From: a virus
Virus record (IMG/VR): IMGVR_UViG_3300025652_000032
Coordinates: 64,030-128,029 of that record
DNA length: 64,000 nucleotides
Direction: 5' to 3' (one strand)
Shown: positions 59,970 to 64,000 of the stretch, piece after piece
Numbering within the stretch: position 1 is the first letter of the stretch
Layout: every line of letters starts with the position of its first letter
The notes under the pieces: model-generated
What the model saw: the letters and a program-made list of their open reading frames with translations, nothing else
What the model was told of the DNA's origin: nothing
The model's database searches: none
Program-made: the position numbers and the translations under genes

Positions 59970-60862
59970 TGTCTGCTAGATCAGAAGCAAAACAATTAAA
60001 CCACGCACTTCCTGTAAGTCCAATCGACTCCACCACTGGTTCTTCTTCGGAAGATGTTGTTATTGAGATGTTGAAAAGATCTGAAAAGGAAATGTCTAAT
60101 CGGAATCAAATCAGCAAAAGTGCATTCAATCAATCAAAATCAATTCAGGATTTCTTCCAGAAAATAAACAGTACAGGATTATACTCACCATCAAGATATG
60201 ATGTCTCCTTTGATAAACAAATCATAAGTAGAGAAGCACAAGATATGCTGACGTTCCAGTGTATCGACATATCATTCCCCGGCAAAAACTTTAGAACAGC
60301 AGATGTTCGGACATATGGACCAGTAAGAAGACCTGTTATTGATGCAGAATTCAACGGTGAATTAACAATGACGTTCCGGGTAAGTCGTGACTTTGCCGAG
60401 ACAAAATATATCGATGAGTGGATGGATTTTATCTCTTCACCAAGGACTCGATATGATGTGCAATACTACGATGACTACGTTTGCAACTTATACATTGATG
60501 CACTAGACAAGGGAATAGATGTAGACGCCGTTCCCGGTGTATCTACCTACAAATCAAGCAACGTGCTATACAGATGCGAGGTTCGTGAGGTATATCCAAA
60601 ATCAATGGACAGTATCCCACTCGGATTTGCAAAGGCAAATGAGATTGCCACGTTCAGTGTCACATTTGCATATCGAGATTGGATAATCATTCCAATTCCT
60701 GTTGGAAATAATGATGATCTACAAAACCAAGCAATACTAAGACAATTTGACAGACGACAGGTTGGAAGAGAACAACCTAATGAAGCAGATATCGGGAGAG
60801 AAGTCGGTCCATTACGCGGCGTGGATTTCCAGATACCCGGTGGTGATTTCGGACTTGCATAA
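59969..60862 (+). CDS. gp54: Baseplate tail-tube initiator
   Basis: 297 aa with tube-like fold motifs (SRYDV.F, CIDISFPGK, TFRVSRD, VYPKS, SVTFAYR); lies beside gp26. Confidence 0.72.
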   Translation: MSARSEAKQLNHALPVSPIDSTTGSSSEDVVIEMLKRSEKEMSNRNQISKSAFNQSKSIQDFFQKINSTGLYSPSRYDVSFDKQIISREAQDMLTFQCIDISFPGKNFRTADVRTYGPVRRPVIDAEFNGELTMTFRVSRDFAETKYIDEWMDFISSPRTRYDVQYYDDYVCNLYIDALDKGIDVDAVPGVSTYKSSNVLYRCEVREVYPKSMDSIPLGFAKANEIATFSVTFAYRDWIIIPIPVGNNDDLQNQAILRQFDRRQVGREQPNEADIGREVGPLRGVDFQIPGGDFGLA

Positions 60863-60882
60863 AGTGAAAGGAACAATACAAT

Positions 60883-61587
60883 ATGCCATTACCAACAGTA
60901 GAGACACCCACATATAGTTTTACACTTCCAGATTCTAAAAGAAAGATCAATTACAGACCCTTTCGAGTAAAGGAAGAGAAAGTTTTGCTTCTTGCATCAG
61001 AATCTGGTGATGTGAATACGATTTACCAAGCAGTTCATGATATAGTTCTTTCTTGCACAGACGGAAAGTTGGATATTTTTAAATCAACGTCCATCGATTC
61101 TGAATATGCATTGATCAAACTACGAGCATCGTCTGTTGGTGAAACGATGAAACCAGAGTTGCAGTGTATTCATTGCGAAAGCAGTTGTTCTGTTAACATA
61201 AAAACAGATGATCTCGTAATAGACGACAGCATGAAAAAAGATAATCGGATCAAAGTAAATAAATCAATAATCATTGATCTTAAATTCCCTTCGTTTGCAG
61301 ATGAACTGAGAAACAGCACCATGCAGGATCAGGTTGATATGGTATTTGATTCTGTTTGTTCTTCGATTGATAAGATCTATTCGGATGATGAAGTTTTCGA
61401 CGCAACAGACTATCAGAAAGAAGAAATTGAAGAGTTTGTTAACAACCTCGAAAGTGATACCTTTACACAAATCCTAGAGTTCATCAAATCAAAACCAAGG
61501 GTGAAGATTCCAGTAAAATTTATATGTCCTAACTGCAAAAAGGAAAACGAATTTAAGATTGAAGGTGTAGACGGTTTTTTCGTCTAA
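60883..61587 (+). CDS. gp26: Baseplate hub assembly protein
   Basis: 234 aa; MPLP.V.TPTY..TLP, YRPF.VKEEKVLLLA, LRASSVGE, CIHC...C, FI..KP and CPNC motifs. Confidence 0.9.
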   Translation: MPLPTVETPTYSFTLPDSKRKINYRPFRVKEEKVLLLASESGDVNTIYQAVHDIVLSCTDGKLDIFKSTSIDSEYALIKLRASSVGETMKPELQCIHCESSCSVNIKTDDLVIDDSMKKDNRIKVNKSIIIDLKFPSFADELRNSTMQDQVDMVFDSVCSSIDKIYSDDEVFDATDYQKEEIEEFVNNLESDTFTQILEFIKSKPRVKIPVKFICPNCKKENEFKIEGVDGFFV

Positions 61588-61763
61588 TGCTCTGCCATGA
61601 ATCACTTGAAAATTACTACAAAACTAATTTTCAATTAATGCATCACCATAAATACTCATTGGCAGAGTTAGAAAACATGTTTCCGTTTGAACGAGAGATT
61701 TACATACAACTACTTGTTGCTTTAATAAAGGAACAAGAGAAAGAACAAACAAGAGGATACTAG
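61587..61763 (+). CDS. gp51: Baseplate hub assembly catalyst (short gp51-like)
   Basis: Hand translation MLCHESLENYYKTNFQLMHHHKYSLAELENMFPFEREIYIQLLVALIKEQEKEQTRGY (58 aa); TAATG overlap with gp26. Not in the ORF track. Confidence 0.85.
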   Translation: MLCHESLENYYKTNFQLMHHHKYSLAELENMFPFEREIYIQLLVALIKEQEKEQTRGY

Positions 61764-61764
61764 A

Positions 61765-63645
61765 GTGGCCCAGGCAGCAACACTAAAAGACGTAGTAACA
61801 CAACTAAAATCGATGCACAAGGATCAGAAGCAAAGTGCATCAATACGTCAAATGGTTAGACAGGAATCGACGGCACAGAACGTAGGTAGTTCATATGCCA
61901 CTGGTGTTCTTGCAGGCAGCATGTTGGGTCCCACCGCAACCAAAGTTGCAGATCGAACCAAAAAGATCGCTAGGACAGCGGTGAATTTTGGAACATTAGG
62001 AATTGCACCTGCTGTAGGCGGAATCGGTAAGGCCATTCGCACCGCTAGATCGAACAGAGAACAGAAGAAACAAATCAAGGAAGAGATCGAGAGTAGGGGT
62101 AATACTCCAGAGAAAAAAGTTGTAAAGGCGATGACATCAAAAAGTTCAGACTCCGTATTCGGTACAAGTGATCGAATTGCAGATGCAGTCGAGAGAATTG
62201 CAAATAGCGTTTCCGAACTAGTGGATTCGATGAAATCCACACCCAAGAACAAGAAGGATTCACCGCCGAAGATCATCACACCGTTTGGATTTGCAAACAA
62301 GACTCCAGACACAGAAGATACCCCAAGCACACCAGAAACCGAGGCCTCTTCGGGTGGTGACATGGCATCATCAAAGAGCAGAAATAAAATGGTGCGTTTT
62401 GCCCGAGTACAATCTAAGATAATCGGTAGAGCAATTACTAGTGGCACCAAGAAAACTGTAGCAGCAAGTAAAGCAGGTTTTGCTAGGATGGGCAAGTCGT
62501 TCATGGGTGCTGCAAGGTTTATCATCATGGGAATTGTCAGTGCTATTGGTGGAATCATCACAGCAATTGCTCCGTTCGCCGCACCAATTTTGGCCGTTGC
62601 CGCAGGAATCGCGGGGATTTCACTCATCGTCAAGAAAATATTGGAGGGTCAGTCTACCGAAGATGAGATCAGAGAATTAGAAGAACAATCAGCAAAAATG
62701 GGTAAAGATGCCATCAAAGACTTCAGAGATAAAGATGCCATCAAAGACAATAGTGTCGGGACAATTCTAGAAATGCAGCAAGCAAAGGTAGATGCTGCAA
62801 GAGAAAGTGGTGACAAGGTTGATCTCTTCCTACCGGGACAAGGAACATTCAAGAATCTAGGTGTCGATGCCGCCGATGCAATGCTTGTTCAATCAAGAGA
62901 ATTGAACACAACCGAAGGCACGATGACCATGTCTGCAAGGGATCTCGAAGATCAACAATCGATGGCAGACTTCGAAGGTAATAAATTAAGTCCAGAACAG
63001 ATGTCTATAGATTCACCAATGAATGCAACGGATGCTGAATCATTCACTGATACAGAATATTTCAATAACGAAGTCCAAAGACTGGAAGCAGTAAAAGCAA
63101 GTGGTAAAGGTACTGCAACAACAGTACGAGATGGTCTTGGTCTGTTCAGTCCAACAGCAGTGAGTGATCTATTCACCGAAGAAATAGACATTGACTCTGC
63201 AATCGCCTTAGCGAAAACAAACCAAGCAAAGGCAAAGGGCCTTCACATTGGAATGACAAGAAAAGAACTGCGTCGTCAGGGGTTGATCAAAGGTGAAGGA
63301 GCATTGTTCGACAACCTGAACAAGTCAGCAGAAGAGATGCAGGGCGAAAGAAGCAGTTTCATGGATTTTGCAATAAATGAAGTGGCGCAGAGTGGGGCCC
63401 TTGGAGTCGGTGGAATGGTTGTCGGGAAGATGACTGAACCTACTCGAAATGTAGGTAAGGCGAGAGACATGTCTACTTCTGCTAATCTTGCAGGCCGTTT
63501 AGATGCAATTCAACCAACACAGGATCCAGCAGCAGAAGTAACTGCCGTAAACAATTCTAAGGTTATCAACAACACAACGAATGTAGAGTCTGGACACATG
63601 GTTGACAGTCCGGCGTCCCTGAAAGAAATGCAACACGCGGGGTAA
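61765..63645 (+). CDS. Probable tape measure/baseplate hub protein (gp29-like)
   Basis: 626 aa, GTG start, Ala/Lys-rich and helical, with a long hydrophobic segment; follows gp26-gp51. No sequence motif was recognised. Confidence 0.55.
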   Translation: MAQAATLKDVVTQLKSMHKDQKQSASIRQMVRQESTAQNVGSSYATGVLAGSMLGPTATKVADRTKKIARTAVNFGTLGIAPAVGGIGKAIRTARSNREQKKQIKEEIESRGNTPEKKVVKAMTSKSSDSVFGTSDRIADAVERIANSVSELVDSMKSTPKNKKDSPPKIITPFGFANKTPDTEDTPSTPETEASSGGDMASSKSRNKMVRFARVQSKIIGRAITSGTKKTVAASKAGFARMGKSFMGAARFIIMGIVSAIGGIITAIAPFAAPILAVAAGIAGISLIVKKILEGQSTEDEIRELEEQSAKMGKDAIKDFRDKDAIKDNSVGTILEMQQAKVDAARESGDKVDLFLPGQGTFKNLGVDAADAMLVQSRELNTTEGTMTMSARDLEDQQSMADFEGNKLSPEQMSIDSPMNATDAESFTDTEYFNNEVQRLEAVKASGKGTATTVRDGLGLFSPTAVSDLFTEEIDIDSAIALAKTNQAKAKGLHIGMTRKELRRQGLIKGEGALFDNLNKSAEEMQGERSSFMDFAINEVAQSGALGVGGMVVGKMTEPTRNVGKARDMSTSANLAGRLDAIQPTQDPAAEVTAVNNSKVINNTTNVESGHMVDSPASLKEMQHAG

Positions 63646-63651
63646 TAGGAA

Positions 63652-63675
63652 AGAGGGTGTCCGAAGACACCCTCT
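63652..63675 (-). terminator. cUUCGg hairpin terminator between convergent genes
   Basis: Minus strand AGAGGGTGTC-TTCG-GACACCCTCT, a perfect 10-bp stem, followed by TTCCTATT; probably bidirectional. Confidence 0.8.
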
Positions 63676-63708
63676 CTCGTTTGGCGTTGAGTTTAGATCA
63701 AATCATAA

Positions 63709-63999
63709 TCAATCTTCGCTCGCCAACTTCTCGAAGTAAGACAGTGCATTCTCTTCCTCACCAGAATCATTATCTGAATCACTAGACTCAGTGGACTGGA
63801 CCCCAGATGATGTAGAACTGTCGGTCTCCGAGAAAGTTCCCTTGAAATCTTCTGCCGTAGCAGTTGACTTCGTAGTGTTGAGAACATGATCCAACTTCTT
63901 CTTCAGTTCATCATATGACTTGAAGTTAGATGCATCAGTGAACTCCTTGAGAGCATACTGCTGCTTCCACAGCGTCTCAAGTGCGTCGTCTTCACCGTC
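63709..63999 (-). CDS. gp32: Single-stranded DNA-binding protein, C-terminal part (runs off the window end)
   Basis: DDALETLWKQQYALKEFTDASNFKSYDELKKKLDHVL, followed by the acidic tail ALSYFEKLASED. Confidence 0.9.
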   Translation of the reverse strand, partial: DGEDDALETLWKQQYALKEFTDASNFKSYDELKKKLDHVLNTTKSTATAEDFKGTFSETDSSTSSGVQSTESSDSDNDSGEEENALSYFEKLASED

Positions 64000-64000
64000 A

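Noticed and set aside
61848-62633. 261-aa antisense ORF and many other 60-200-aa opposite-strand ORFs in the track
   Set aside because: They lie fully within long, motif-supported genes, lack SD signals or recognisable motifs, and are expected shadow frames.

Overview
This 64-kb window is the virion-morphogenesis module of a large T4-like (myovirus-type) bacteriophage, read in the standard genetic code. Most genes are on the minus strand, running right to left: gp48, gp53, gp27-like hub, gp5, a ~20-kb accessory cassette containing the PAAR tip, a T-like holin, gp25, gp6, gp7, gp8, a VrlC/DUF4815-like protein, a block of fibre/adhesin genes, gp13-gp19 and the start of portal gp20. A short plus-strand operon (gp4, gp2, gp54, gp26, gp51, probable tape measure) converges on the 3' end of gp32. 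T4-type late promoters (TATAAATA and TA[A/C]ATA variants) and cUUCGg hairpins support the assignment. The most unusual features are: (1) a ~20-kb cassette between gp5 and gp25 with a 910-aa protein holding about 128 Cys coupled to gp5, a collagen/GPCC fibre, and two giant proteins with putative polysaccharide-lyase-like and GH56-like domains; (2) a second Cys-rich block inserted inside a beta-helix adhesin; (3) G-x-[T/S/C]-G motifs recurring across many structural proteins, including core T4 ones, which could be modification sequons; (4) no AGCT found on a manual scan, with very few AGCC/GGCT, while GATC looks enriched. A terminal GACC-type repeat hints at a planctomycete host, but this is inference. 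All homology calls rest on recognised motifs and gene order; no database search was run.
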